From Zootoca vivipara (lineage: Eukaryota), in contig NC_083276.1 of the NCBI RefSeq assembly GCF_963506605.1, forward strand, positions 128,340,001-128,404,000: a stretch of DNA of 64,000 bases, written 5' to 3'. The notes beneath the pieces are model-generated. The model saw only the letters and a program-made list of their open reading frames with translations. It searched no databases and was not told the DNA's origin. Within the stretch, counting starts at the first letter, position 1; every line of letters begins with the position of its first letter. Shown piece by piece: positions 36,419 through 49,779 of this stretch. The translations under genes were made by a program, and so were the position numbers.

Positions 36419-37638
36419 ATCCTCCCACATTCAGTTTTCGTCGTGGATTTGGAGATAAAAATTACTTCCATAGAGCTTTCCCTCAGAAACCCATGCATGT
36501 CAGTTTTCTTTCAGCAATGTGGCATAATAAGGAAAGGCAATTCATGCTGTTTCCTGCTGCCGAATATCATGATTAAATGACTGTCACCCCAGCACTATGC
36601 TGGGCAATCTGGGAAGAAAGCAGACGAAAAGCAGAGCACTGCATGTCCAAATGCACTCCACACCTGGCTGCTAGAAACCTTTTGTGCTTGTATTTGTTGT
36701 GCCGTATCTTCGGGCTGGAGGCTTTCAAGGGACCTTTATTCCTCTGATTACAAAATTAGTGTTGGGTTTAATGAGATTTCTCCTTTTATTTGTGTCTTCT
36801 CCTGGCTTTCTTCCTTCCGTTTGATGGTACAGCCATTTGCTCTTATCTATCTCCATGGTGATGTGCCTTGTCCCAAGCCTGCGTCTCCCTCCCTCCCTCC
36901 CTCTCTGTACCCCCCCCCCCAACTACTTGTGATACTGCGGGGATTAAGGTTGCCTGCTTAAAACCCTCTAAAGTAATACATGGAAACAAATTGGTTCTGT
37001 AAATAGATCTCATCTTCAAAGTAAGATGGTTTTCTAAAAAATCTGGCCTCTGCCTCTTTGCTTGGAAAGCAACTGTTTTACAGTCATTACAATGAACATC
37101 TCCATGAATACAGAGGACATACAGGAACTCTGCATAGAAGTCCTATTAAGGACCTTCTACAGGACTTAAAGCCTGTAAACCTAGGCTACTTTTTATGCTC
37201 TTCTTTTAACTATTATTTATAAGCATTTATAATCCGAAGGCCCCAGGGCAGGAAATAAAGGTAAAGGTCCAGTCGTGAGGGAAAAGGTAAAATTGTTCAG
37301 ACCCATGCCTAGAAAGCGTGGGGCAAATGGAAAACTTTTTGGACCTCTGCTGTCTAGGACGAGTGTGGACGAGCTCTCAATTTTCAAAAATATGTGGGGC
37401 TTTGGATGTCTCCCCCCCCCCCATACTAAACTGCAGGAACATAAGCAGAACCAGCTGGATCAGGCCAATGGCCCCTCTAGCCCAGCATCCTGTTCTCTCA
37501 CTGGCTAACCAGATGCCTGCGGGAAACCAGCAAAGCAGAATTCGAGCACAAGAGCACTCTCCCCTCCTGTGGTTTCCAACAGTTGGTATTCAGAAGCATT
37601 GCTGATTCATAAGTAAAACAGCAGCAGTGGGCTAGGGA

Positions 37639-37818
37639 AGGGCTGTAGCTCAGAGAGGCATGTAGAAGCTCCCAGGTTCAGTTTCTGGCATCTCCAAGTA
37701 CAGCTAGGAGATACTCTTGTCGGAAACCATGGGCAGCTTCTGCCAGTCAATGTAGACAATCGAGACCTAGGTTGGCCAAGAGTTTGACTCAGTATAAGGC
37801 AGATTCCTGTGTCCTATG
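37639..37818 (+). mobile_element. tRNA-derived SINE (Squam2-like); degraded minus-strand copies near 44950-45170 and 48890-49090
   Basis: gggctgtagctcag...cccaggttca...ggcatctcca...tgccagtcaatgtagacaat...tgactcagtataaggcagattcct. Confidence 0.6.
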
Positions 37819-40800
37819 TATTCATTGTTGAAAAAGCAATCACAGCTTCGTATTGGTAATGAAAGGGAAACACCCTCCCAATCTTAACTTTTTTCATTAG
37901 ACTTTCTATTTAACTGTGAGTGAGTGCCCTGGTTCTCACACAGCGCTGAGCCAAAACCATGTGGTGAAAAATCACAGATTTGCTCCTCACCAATCCAGGT
38001 GCTGTTGTGCTTCTTGGAGCTAAGCCATGGTTTGGTTTTGTGTTATGTGTGAACTCAGGCTCATGGCCTGCCTTGGTCCAAACAAACCATGAGCTGTAGC
38101 CAAGGGCCAGTGATAATCCAGGCTAATAGGCACAACAATTCCTTATGAGCTGAAGTCAGTAAAAGTTAATTTTCAAACCAAATTGGCACCTGAGGGGCTG
38201 GTATTTTGAATGGTTCAAAACACTGGCCACAATATCTCGATTCAATCCATTCTCTGGCGGATTTGTGGGCACAATCAAGAATTTGAAAGAGCAATTTAGT
38301 ACATGCAAATCTAATGAAATCTGCACTATCCAGTTCAAAATATATGAACTACTGTACCTGACAAAGGAGGCACTTTCACTTCCCCAGTCAGACTGGTTCT
38401 CCCTTATAAGCAAGTGTTTCAGTGGCCTCTAGTGATCATAATGGAAACTGCAGAGTATCACAAGGGTCCAGAATGAACACATGAGATTACTGGTAAATAG
38501 TCTGGTTTGAATGGTTTAGTTATGTGAACAAGCAGCAACAAGACTTGCAGCTCATCCACACCATCTCAAAAACTGCATTGTGGGTCACTAGCACCTTCAT
38601 TTTTAAAGCAGGAAGCAGATGACATCCACTTTTCAACTAACTAGTAGCAATATGAGGTTTTAAAAATTGATAATATGGCACTTTTGCGGGTTGATGTGCA
38701 AGCACATATCCTGATTTTTTTTTTTGTTATCCCATTTCCCCTCTCTCTTAATTCTTTGCCTGTGCTGTTGCCCCTTTTCTCTCCAGTCAACCTCAACCCT
38801 CTTTGCCTCGTTTCTTTTTCATTGTAGGGGCTGTTCATTTCTGGGTTTCTCTCCTTTCTGGGTGGACTTACATGGGAGGAAGTCCCTCTGCATGCAGTAG
38901 GGCTTATTTCTGAGTAAAAGTGCCTGACAAATGTGGGTTTTAAACCATGGGCAGTATTCTACCATTGAATCCCATCAGCACAAGGATTGCTGTTGCAGAA
39001 TGGGACTTTTCACTCTCTTTTATCCCTACATTCTATCGTATGGCTTCTTCAACAGGTCAGTCTCATAAATCAGGTTGATCCTGGTTTGTTTTTTTTAAAT
39101 AATATATAGTTCAAACTAACTACAACCTGTCCTTTCTGGATGCAATGACAAATCATAGTGAGATTAAACTAGGAAGTGGATGCTTCCAATTTCCTTGCAG
39201 TTGCACCAGAGGAGAAGAGGGGAAGGGAGAGCTTTTAACTGTGGTATAGCGTCAGGGTCTGAAACAGGCCAGTAGTTCGATTTGGACATCAGACCAAACT
39301 TACTTCTGATTGGCTTGTTATCCAGATGGACAACCATGTGATCAGTTGGCAAAATGGAATCCAGAACCATGGAATGATGAACATAGTTATAGTCACAGAT
39401 ACACCTCCAGAGGTGCCTGCATAATAGCAACTAGATTGCTGAGCAGATTGGAAATGGAAGCACATACGGTAAGCACATAAGTAAATCACAATTTGCTTGT
39501 TATGCTTGGAAGAGCAAACCACAATACTGGGTCCTAAACTATGGATTTATGAAAGCCATGGTTTGATATGACATCTGAATTGAGCTAGAATCTGATCTAT
39601 TATACTTTAAGATGCTTGAGCCTCACTCACTAATAGGTGTATCAAAACAGATGGAAAACTGTCATTTGGGGTGGTATTTAATGAAGTTTTACTCAGAGTA
39701 AACCCACTGAAATTAATAGACTAGCTTGGCCCTGCTTATTAATTTCAGTGGTCTGTTCTGAGTAAAGTATAGTTTAATACCACCCAGTTTTAATCGCCCA
39801 GTGATTGAAACCCTTGGTACACATGCAGACCTAAATATATTGACCCCTCGATTTAACTTTTCAGGGATATGGTTTCGGGAACAGGGCCTCCTCTCTAGAT
39901 CTTACTTGGCTGGAGGCTTCATATGGGATTGATTGAGCTGCTAGAGTATCAACCTTAATCTAATTTGTATCTCTCAAATTCACAGCAAATGTGAATCTTG
40001 CATAGTTCAATAGGGCTGTTAGTCTAGCCATCCAGAAATAGATTTGAATAGTTTGGAACAAAACAACATGAATGAGATAATCAAATTTATTTTTATTTGT
40101 GGCATACATTTGAGTACCACCAGAAAAAAGCACTGGAGTTGTGGAAAGAAAACAAAACTAAAAACTAAACTGCTACAACTGTTGTTAAAGCAATGTTGGA
40201 AACTCCCTGGCTCCTAGTGCTTGAAGCTCCCTTTTTTCTAACACATGAAACTGGTAGCCAATAGGGAAAAGCAACATGTGTATGCTGTGTTTACAGAAAT
40301 GAAACTTCTAAGGTTTAAATATGAGTAGAACAGAGAAGGCTAATTAAACTACTGTGACTGGGATTAGAAGCACTGGGACAACTTATCAGGGTCATGGATA
40401 GGAAGGACATCTGCAATCAAAAGGCTGCATTGGATAAATTATTGTTTTTATTTATGACATTCCCCTGCTTTTATCGACTGGAGAGAGGTTTCTGCCACAA
40501 TGGTGAAATTCCAAGAGGAGGCAGAGTGTAAGTGAGATGGAAAGCGATGGAGGGGCATCTCCATGGAGGAATTCTATCATTAACTACACAGGACTTTGGA
40601 AATCTGTGCCTAAAATATCTAAATAGAGGTGGGAGATAAACACCTGTAGGAATTCCTAAAGCAACAGTGAAGCCTGTTAAATGTAAGGTTCTGGGACAGC
40701 ACAGCTGTAACTTCCAACAGCACCTTAAGGCTGCAATTCTATCTGAAAGCCCACGAACTTAAGAGTAAACATGGATAGGACCAGGCTGCCTGAAACCAGA

Positions 40801-40897
40801 AGCTCTGTTGTTAGTGGGGTCTGGTCTCATTTGATTAATTTGAAAAACCTACTTTCTCATGATCTTCCTTTCTTTAAACTAAAAGTTCTGGTTGTTT

Positions 40898-40971
40898 CTA
40901 AATTGTGTCCATTGTTTTTCTTGAGTTGCTGGTGGCATTTCTGTTTGCTTCTGTCCTGTGGAACTTGACAC
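40898..40971 (-). CDS. C2orf80: C2orf80 orthologue, coding exon 7 (terminal)
   Basis: Polypyrimidine acceptor tttttaag|; (S)VKFHRTEANRNATSNSRKTMDTI*; phase 1 matches the preceding exon. Confidence 0.75.
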
Positions 40972-42079
40972 CTTAAAAAAGAGAAAAGAATAGATTGTCA
41001 TTCCCCCACCTCCTTTGTCATTTAACTTGAAATTGGCTGACATGTTCCTGAAAGATTCCTAAGATCAACAGTGAATGTGGATGAAATGTTTTGCTGAAAC
41101 TGCATACCAATCCTGGGTATTCCCTGTCTAATTTCACTACTGCCCAAGGCTGTCCTTTGATAATCTCCAAGAATTTCAAGGCGAGCAGAACTAAGAAGAG
41201 GATGCAAATTTGTCTGCTCTTGATAGCCAGCCAAAATACGGCAGTTCTTTCTCATGATCCTGTTCCCCCTGCAGACAGAGGTCCAGGTTCTTGTTTGAGG
41301 ACAGGTGTGATGAGGGAGGGAAGTCATTGTAACACCCATTCCCACCAGCTGTGAGCTGGGAAGGGAGGTGAGACTCATGCATGCTATGCAGAGCCTCAGA
41401 AAGCTGTCCCCTGTTTGGCAACAAATTGTGCCCATTTGACACAGAAACAGCCCTAAGCATAGCGATATCTGTCTGCTGGAAGTTTAGTAGCACATACTAA
41501 AATGAAGAATTGACTTTGAGCTAAAGGAGCCTTCAGCAGAAGCTGTGGGGAAAGTATCACAGGCTGTTTGAAAGGGCTCAGACTTCATAAAGGGAAAGAC
41601 TGTGTATGCCTTCACTTTGCATCCAGTGCACTCCCACCGTTGGTTTGTGAAGTTGTGTACCATGACATTAGCAACAGTCCGCACCTGCAACATCATTGGG
41701 GTTGGCATGAAGGTCTGGGGGGAAATGTACCATGCCTGAATGATGTCTAATGAGCTAAAAATGTTCGGCCAGAAACCCAAACTCATACAAATCAACAATA
41801 ATGAGCCACTACTGTATTACAATGTCATGTCTACATTGTTGTAGTTTATCCTATCAGTTCAATTGGTCTAGTTATCTCATCATCAATCCCACTTGGGGAA
41901 AATCTCAAAAAACTGGCAGGCTATTTTTAGTTATCTCCCAATTGTGGCAGAGAATGACTGATAGATAGGAGAGATTTGCTTGTTGGCAAAACTGAAGTAA
42001 CAAGTCTTCATCACTCTCCCCCCCCCCACTCCATAACAACCAGTACACAATTTTGTGAGAGAAAGTAATATCCACTTAC

Positions 42080-42167
42080 TCTGTTTCCTGGCATGTTCTG
42101 CAGCTTGGGGAGCTGTCAACATGGCAAAAGGATGCAGTGAGAGATTACAAGGATGAATTCGGTGACC
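42080..42167 (-). CDS. C2orf80: C2orf80 orthologue, coding exon 6
   Basis: ctgcag|GHRIHPCNLSLHPFAMLTAPQAAEHARKQ|gtaagt, 88 nt; LSLHPFAMLTAP motif. Confidence 0.9.
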
Positions 42168-44591
42168 CTGCAGGTTAAATAAAATCACACATAAACTGGT
42201 ACCTTACTTTCCCCCCATAACTTGTGGCAGCAAATATGTGACTACAGTATTATAGGCCATCATTTACATGCTGAGATTATTGGAAGAAACCATGGTGAAA
42301 ATGTTTGGTATCAGAATACCAGTAGGTTATTGCAATTAATAAGCTCTAATTATTTATCATTCTAGTTCACCATTTCTGACTTTCCTCTTTGCAATATCTC
42401 ATCAGGATTTATTTCTGCTGCTGCATTGGTCTTCTATTCTTTTCTTTAGGCACATAACAATGGAATCTTGTTAGGATTCAATTAACATCAGGACATAGAC
42501 TATGGGATCTTCTGAAATGTAGCCAAAGTTATTTTTCTACAGTCTATATAGCTTAGCACAGTAACATTATTTGCACACTAGATGGCATCCTATGGACAGC
42601 TCTTCCACTGTAAGACATAGCAGGGGATTTAAATATCATTTTGAAAATTAGTGTTATAACACTTATTTAAGCACTTCTTTTTGGCATTCATCTCGAGAGA
42701 CAATGGAGTGCACCTCTGGGGGTGAAGTCAAAATGAAGTGACCTCCCTAGGGCGCAAGCCTGGGCAATGTATATGGAAGTTCTGGGCTGGCCAGACAACA
42801 AGACCCCCCACTTGGCCTCACTGATGGGGTCCAAAGGAAAGCAGAGCAATACATTTGGCACCAGCTTGGCTGCAGGAGTTGTTGGAAGGAGGGGGACAAG
42901 GTGCCACCCCCTTAGGGACTCCATTCCAGATTTGTGTAGGGTTTACTCCTTAACACTTTCTTCTCCTGAAGAGATACCACAAGGCAGCAGAGGTTTAGGA
43001 TCAGAGTTTCTCATCTCCTAGATGGGCTACCTTTCCAGTTTGACAAGCCTTCTGGACCACTGGACCCACCATTGGTGTCATCTTTCTAGTCTGCCAAAGC
43101 CTGTCTTCACATGCAGGGGAAGTCCCTAACTCACTGAGGGTTTGAGACCCATTGGCTACCCTCATCTGGTTTAGCCGGCCAGTCTATTGTGCAGATATTT
43201 TAATATATTTTAAAATGTAGCTGGAAAGTGTTTCAGGTGAATAAAAAGGGTGCTAATACTGAAGGTGTGCTGAATGCTTGTAGGATTGCCTGCCTAATAC
43301 AGTACATCAAGACATACACACACTGATGTCAAAACCATGTCCATAGGGAGAAAGAGAGTAGCTATAATAGCATCCCAGAGCTGCAGAGATTACATTACTT
43401 TTTTTTTCTTTTTAAGAAGTCAGTGCACATGCTCTGAATGCTTAGGTTTAATTCCTATCATCTCTACTTAAAGGATTTTAAGTAGTTGGGCTGCAAAAGA
43501 TTATTCTGCCTGGGACCTTGGACAGCTGTTGCCAGCTGGGAGTAGATGGCAATAGGATAGTTGGACTAATCTCAGTACAACACAGGTTTATATGAATCAA
43601 ATTGTGAAAAGAAATGATTGCAAAGAGTCTAATACTGAAAATCCAACCCAAAGAATGGAACATGCATTCTCCTGTACTGTATTATACAAGAGGGCTGAGC
43701 TGCTAATTTGCCCTCTGTTGCAGTCTTGCAGATAATATGGGAAGTATCTAGACCAGGGATGGGAAACCTGCGGCCCTTCAGATGTTGGGACTTCCTATCA
43801 GCCACAGTCAGCATGCCCAGAGATGATGGGAGGGAGCTGTAATCCAACATATGATCTAGACACCTTTCATGTGTGTGTGTAATTCAGCATCACATTTAAG
43901 GCTCCTAAGTGTTATGAATAAAAACATTTTTAGAGGGCTGGGTTGAAAATACGTCTGGCAAGATTTTATAGATTTACAAAGGCAAGAAGGGCACCTCATT
44001 TTATCAATGACTTTCAGTTGAGCCAGATGACAAATGGTTTTTCTCTACAGAACACTCACTGATATAATATTCTTCTCCATATAGTGTCAGCTGGTATCAA
44101 GCTTTTTGTAAAGAAAAAGAAACAAAAAGAAAATAGAAAATTCTTTTCATTGCTTTTCCCCTTTTCTGCATTTTAGCCTGGGGAATATATCATATTATGC
44201 AGGAGAGAGAAATGCACAAAACATTCCCAAAAGATCAATTACACAAATATAAAAGGCTTTTATATATGCTTGTATACTAGTCTTACACAGACACTTTGTG
44301 GGTTTCTCCATGTCCCCCAGGAGCATAGAAAGATAGAAGCTAACTAATTAAAACTAGCTGCAAAGCCCAACATGACCAATGTAGAAGCCTAAGAGCCAAT
44401 AAGATTTCAGGTAATTGGCCCAAAATTAGTAAAAAGATGATATTATGATTTCACTTACACATACACACTTCACGCCACTTCGATATACGAAACAATACTT
44501 GCAATATTATCAGTTTTATTTTTAGCTGTACTTGTTGAAGTTATATTAAAAGTTAATGGTGTGTGTGTGTGTGTTTGTGTATCATTTAAGG

Positions 44592-44908
44592 CAGGGATGC
44601 ATAGCTGCCAAGTTATCCCTTTTTTAAAGGGATTTTCTTTTATGCTGAATAGGCTTCCTCGCGAGAAAAGGGAAAACTTGGCAGCTATGCAGGGATGTCC
44701 AAACTTTTTTCAAAGAGGGCCAGACTTGATGAAATGAACATGCATGAGGGCCGACCAAAGACCAAAGTTGTTGAGCTTTTTTTTAGGATTGAAGTTGTTG
44801 AGGGTTCTTTTTAGGATTTTACCCCAGGAAATAAACTGCTAGAGGGGCCAGAATAAACCAACTGGCGGGCTGGATTAGGCCCCCCCAAACAGACTTGGGA
44901 CATGCCTG
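44592..44908. mobile_element. Non-autonomous hAT element carrying a nested 90-bp hAT MITE (44600-44689)
   Basis: Outer TIR cagggatgtccaa / ttgggacatgcctg. Inner TIR catagctgccaagtt / aacttggcagctatg with a perfect 8-bp TSD cagggatg (44592-44599 and 44690-44697). Confidence 0.85.
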
Positions 44909-45388
44909 ATTAAAGCAGTGTGTGTGGCAACATCCACAGGAATAAAAGAAGCTGCCTTATATCATGAAGATTATAATTGTTCATTGTGCCCACTACTGAA
45001 GGCCAATGACTCTTTAGGGCAGGGATGATAAACCTGTGGTCCTCCAGATGTTGTTGTTTACAACCCCCATCACCCCGATCATTAGCCATGCTGGCTGGTA
45101 GTGATGGGAGTTGTAGTACAAACCTGATCCTTCCTTTCCTTGTTTAAGCTAGAGGTGCCGGGGATTGAATTGAAATTAACTGGAAAAACAGCCATACTAT
45201 AGGTAATTGCATTTGACTGCACTGATTCCTGAACTCCTTAATAGAAGCATGGGGTAAACATGGGATTAAATTTATAATGCAAGTAGGGAAGGTCAGTATC
45301 AGTAGATTAATGCCCCCAGAAGGAAAGGAAGCTTGTTTGTCACACGGCCTAAAACTGGTAACAGATTAATAATGTGCATGCAACTTAC

Positions 45389-45466
45389 TTTTGCAGAACT
45401 CTGCCAATGTGTTGCACAGGCTCCAGTGGTATAAATCCCAATGACATCTTCAACAGGAATGCTGTT
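45389..45466 (-). CDS. C2orf80: C2orf80 orthologue, coding exon 5
   Basis: tctgcag|NSIPVEDVIGIYTTGACATHWQSSAK|gtaagt, 78 nt, phase 0/0. Confidence 0.88.
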
Positions 45467-46031
45467 CTGCAGAAACAGTGGTACAGGCCAGTTTTAGTTT
45501 TAAATATCTTTCTGCTTTTTATCTAAAACTAACTACCAGTAAGGGCCCACCAAATTTGTAAGGCAGAAGAAGCAGATGGATTAAAAACTCATCCTTTCTC
45601 CAGTCCTACTGTTCCCCTCAGGCAGAGTAAGGGCACTGATTGAAAGCCAATGTTTTGCTCTACTCCAGTAAGAGTAGAAAAAAGAAAAAAGAAAAGAAGT
45701 TGTGAAGAAGTGTGCATGCAAATGAAAGCTGATACCAATGACAAACTTAGTTGGTCTCTCAGGTGCTACTGGAAATATTTTTTAATATATATTTTGTTTC
45801 GACTACGGCAGACCAACACGGCTACCTACCTGTAAAAAAGAAAAGAAAAAGGCATAGTGCTGAAATAGAGGGCAAATTTTGCAACCCTCAATTTAATAAA
45901 GAACAGTAACTTGCCTGCAAGAAAAATGCATATAAAATATTTTTTTATTCATTGATAAGATCTTTTTCCTCCTTGGGAGTCTTACACACAACCATTTGTA
46001 TTAAAACAATCAGTATTTAAACAAAGGATTA

Positions 46032-46136
<105 letters not shown>

Positions 46137-46583
46137 TCAAGAAAAAAGTAACAGGTAAATTTATCTAACAATTTATAAGTGATATGTACTGTGGTTTTCA
46201 CACCTGCATGATGAAATTGAAGAGGAGGGTATCAAAGCCCAAATCTTTCCTAGGTTTAGGGGGCAATGCTAAACTCAGCCACTGCCTGGTGGGCCTTAAC
46301 AATGATCAGGGCAGAATGTGGAGGACAGGTAGATTGCTGCCCCAGCCTGGAGCTGTTGCAGCAATCACACCCAGTCCTGTCACCTGACAGCAGCAGGGCT
46401 GACTTGGGATCCAATGGATCCAAAGGAGTTTTGGGTTGTTCTACCTGGGATCCCATTTAAGGCATTGAAAAAGTGTGACTGTTAATTGTGATTTACGCTC
46501 CATAGTGTTTTGGAACCTTCAAGCTATGTTTCTGTCTGGAGCTCTGGAATAAGGACTGTTCATTCTGTTTTATAGATCTAGAG

Positions 46584-46719
46584 CAGGCATCCCCAAACTT
46601 CGGCCCTCCAGATGTTTTGGACTACAATTCCCATCTTCCCCAACCACTGGTCCTGTTAGCTAGGGATCATGGGAGTTGTAGGCCAAAACATCTGGAGGGC
46701 CGCAGTTTGGGGATGCCTG
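46584..46719. mobile_element. Palindromic hAT MITE, 136 bp
   Basis: caggcatccccaaact...agtttggggatgcctg fold-back; perfect TSD atctagag (46576-46583 and 46720-46727). Confidence 0.92.
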
Positions 46720-47595
46720 ATCTAGAGGTTTGTGGAGTACAGGGCAATCCCTTTAAAGTCTTTTCTCCCTTTGGCCTCCCGATCCCATAAGGAATATCTG
46801 GCAAACTATGTGATGCACAAGTTCAGAGTCCTGTAGATATGTCACTCAGCACAATACAGGCCAGCTTCATGTACAAAGGATAATGTGAGGATAAATAAGA
46901 TAACCCTTATAGGTTAACACAAACCCAGATTAATCTATATTACCAACATTTGTGGGCATGTCTCCATTCAGATCAATAGAGTTAGGGTTCCTCCAGACTG
47001 GTGTTTTATTGTGGGTGCATTTTGCAACATATTTTTGATACAGTAATAATGTATTAGTGCTGAATTTATCCTGCTTTGGTTTGTTCTGTAATGCTTTCCC
47101 ATTGCCACCACATTATTGCTGTTTGGAGGGGCTATAGTGCAACAAAAGCAGAGTGTGAGAGAAATAAAAAGTTACAAGATTTCAGCAGAAAGTAACGGGA
47201 TATGCACTGATTGGAAGCGAAGCAGTGTGACTACCCCAAAGCTTTTGCAGATGCAAACAGTATTGAGAGTGGAATTTCGTGTGACCACTTGGATAGCATC
47301 ATGAGCACTATCAGCATGAATTTGCAATAAAAAGACCATCTGGAGGGCCCCATAAATGCAGGTTTTTAAATGGGTAGTGGATTAAACATACAGCTCAAGC
47401 CAGTGCTATTTTTCTAGAAAAAGAGGTGCCAAAACTCACCATGAACTCACTTATTCTCTTACAATAGCAATGGTGCCCACCTGAGAGGTTCCTCGGAACT
47501 GGGTTCTGGCGAGTTCCAGCTGGGGAAAAAACCCCGGCTACCGCTTTCCTATGCATATTAACAGCATCACTACAACAGTGAGACCTTACACTTGC

Positions 47596-47678
47596 CTTTT
47601 TTCTTTTCCCCAAGGCATTTGAGCTTCTGAATCATTGAGCCAAGGTAAAGCAACATTTATGGCCAGGTCATAGTGAGC
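47596..47678 (-). CDS. C2orf80: C2orf80 orthologue, coding exon 3
   Basis: cttctag|AHYDLAINVALPWLNDSEAQMPWGKEK; ends either at a GC donor (AG|gcaagt, 83 nt) or at an in-phase GT donor 6 nt further on. Confidence 0.88.
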
Positions 47679-49082
47679 CTAGAAGAGAAAAAAAGTTTGT
47701 GTGTGATGTCAAACTACATCACTTCTTTGCACAACAGCTTAGTGCAACTCAAATGTGTTACATGTGTGGCGCTGACCCACAAGGTTTGGATTGCTTTGGT
47801 CTACTTTTCGATTGCCTTGACCACCTACTCTTGAAAAGAGAACTTAGCACGGCTCAAACATGTGTGCTGTTGACTCACAGGGTCTGTGTTATCTCTGGTT
47901 ACGTTACACAGCCTATCCTGCAAATAAGAGTTCCCGATAGGCAGCACTAGTTGCTGCAATGGTTCAGTGCATTTGTGCAAAAGCTGGAAGTGTCTCGATT
48001 TTCCAGGGACAGCCCCTAATTTATGAAAGCCATCCCAGCTTCTGATTTGATCCTGAAATGTCCTGATTTCCCCTGCCTGTGCTGCTGCCGCTGAGCTCAG
48101 GGAGCCTGCGTTTGTCCTGAGTGACTGCAGTGGTGGCAGCGGTGGAGCATTCTGTTGTCTCTCCATGGCTTCCACTGCTGGCCCGCTCCCCCTGGGAGCA
48201 GAAATCCCTCAAAGAATTATTTGAGGGAAAGAATGTGTTTCAAATATGTTTTAAGGGTATAGTGTGTATGCAGCCAAAGCTGCAGTGCGCCATGAAAGTA
48301 TTTGTTTCCTTTACTCCTGACTCACTTCTGAATGGAAGATGCCACTTTTTGGCATGCTACAATTAAATGGCCACCTCTACTGGTGGCTGTGTCCAATGAG
48401 CGTGTCTGCCAGGAGCACAGAGCTGACACAATGAGCAAAAGGGTCCTCCTCCACAAGCAAGGAAATTACATCCTTTATACATCATTCCTTAGTGGGGGGA
48501 AAAAGTTTGTCTGATTGATAAAGACGTTAGATATGTTGTTGTTGTTGTTGTTGTTGTTTATTTCAGTTCTATACCGCTTTATATTTTAAAGAAAAATCTC
48601 AAAGCGGTTTACAGAATATTAAAACATCAATAAAGCAATCTGAAGAAAGTCAAATATAGAATATACAGTCAAAGCAACATAATTAACAGAAAACTAAAAT
48701 GTTATCTTAAAGATTTCAAAATAAAACATTACAAAGGAGGACAACTACAGAATACATATTTAATGCAAAGTTAACAAAAAAACTTAAACATTTCAATAAA
48801 TAAATAAATAAAAACATTGCTAAGGGAAGTCACATTTAAAACAGCATAATTAACAAGATAATAAAATATTATCATAGTTATTATGCATCACGTGGATTCT
48901 CCCTATTGCCTTATACTGTACTGTACTGTGTCAGTCAATTTCTAGCTCAGGATTGTCTGCACCGAATGACTGTCTACATTGCCCCTCCGTACTGCCAGGC
49001 AGGGAGCACTCCCAGTCCTACCTAGAGATGTCAGAGACTTAACCTGCAAGCGTCTGCATGCAAAGCAGATGCTGTACTACTA

Positions 49083-49268
<186 letters not shown>

Positions 49269-49419
49269 TCAGCCACTCAGTGCATTATTATTTATCTGTG
49301 TGTGCAGGGGTGGGAGAGGAAAGTGTGAGGTGCTATGCACATGGGGTATAAAATGCAGCTATTAGATGCAAATCTACTTTAAAGTACAGTATATAAAAAA
49401 GAAAGAAGGTGGTGCTTAC

Positions 49420-49460
49420 AAGAGCTTTTCAATCTCTTGTTTCAAACGTTTTCTCTCCAT
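49420..49460 (-). CDS. C2orf80: C2orf80 orthologue, coding exon 1
   Basis: ATG at 49460: MERKRLKQEIEKL(L)|gtaagc, 41 nt. The seven exons sum to 534 nt (177 aa plus stop) with consistent phases. Confidence 0.88.
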
Positions 49461-49779
49461 TAACATGTGTATTCTTTCTTCACGTGCCAGTTGCAAGGTC
49501 CAGTTAGGTATGAACTATGTACAATGAATGAACATAAGACATTAAGGATAGGTAAGTCAATAAAGGAAAATTAGAAGGTCATTAGATTGTAAGCTTCTCA
49601 GGGCATGTATTACAAGTTCTGCTCCTGTTAGTATGGTAATTTCAAGATACATAGCCAACTGTAGGCAGACCAGCCAGCTTCCTTGATTAGAGGCTACCAA
49701 AAGGAGCCCCTATCACATAATGTGACTCAGGTCTAGCAGCGGCTGCAGCAGCCACCATGTCTTTACAAAGCTAACAGCT

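Noticed and set aside
36540-36700. cttttgtgct and tgctgtttcctgc motifs resembling the gamma-crystallin Sox/Maf promoter element
   Set aside because: Short matches in the wrong order and spacing, with no TATA box or crystallin exon following.
38190-38431. ATG-less open frame with NEI..YEL..YL..DW, faintly like crystallin exon 3
   Set aside because: Residue spacing does not fit the Greek-key pattern and there is no convincing splice context; likely chance.
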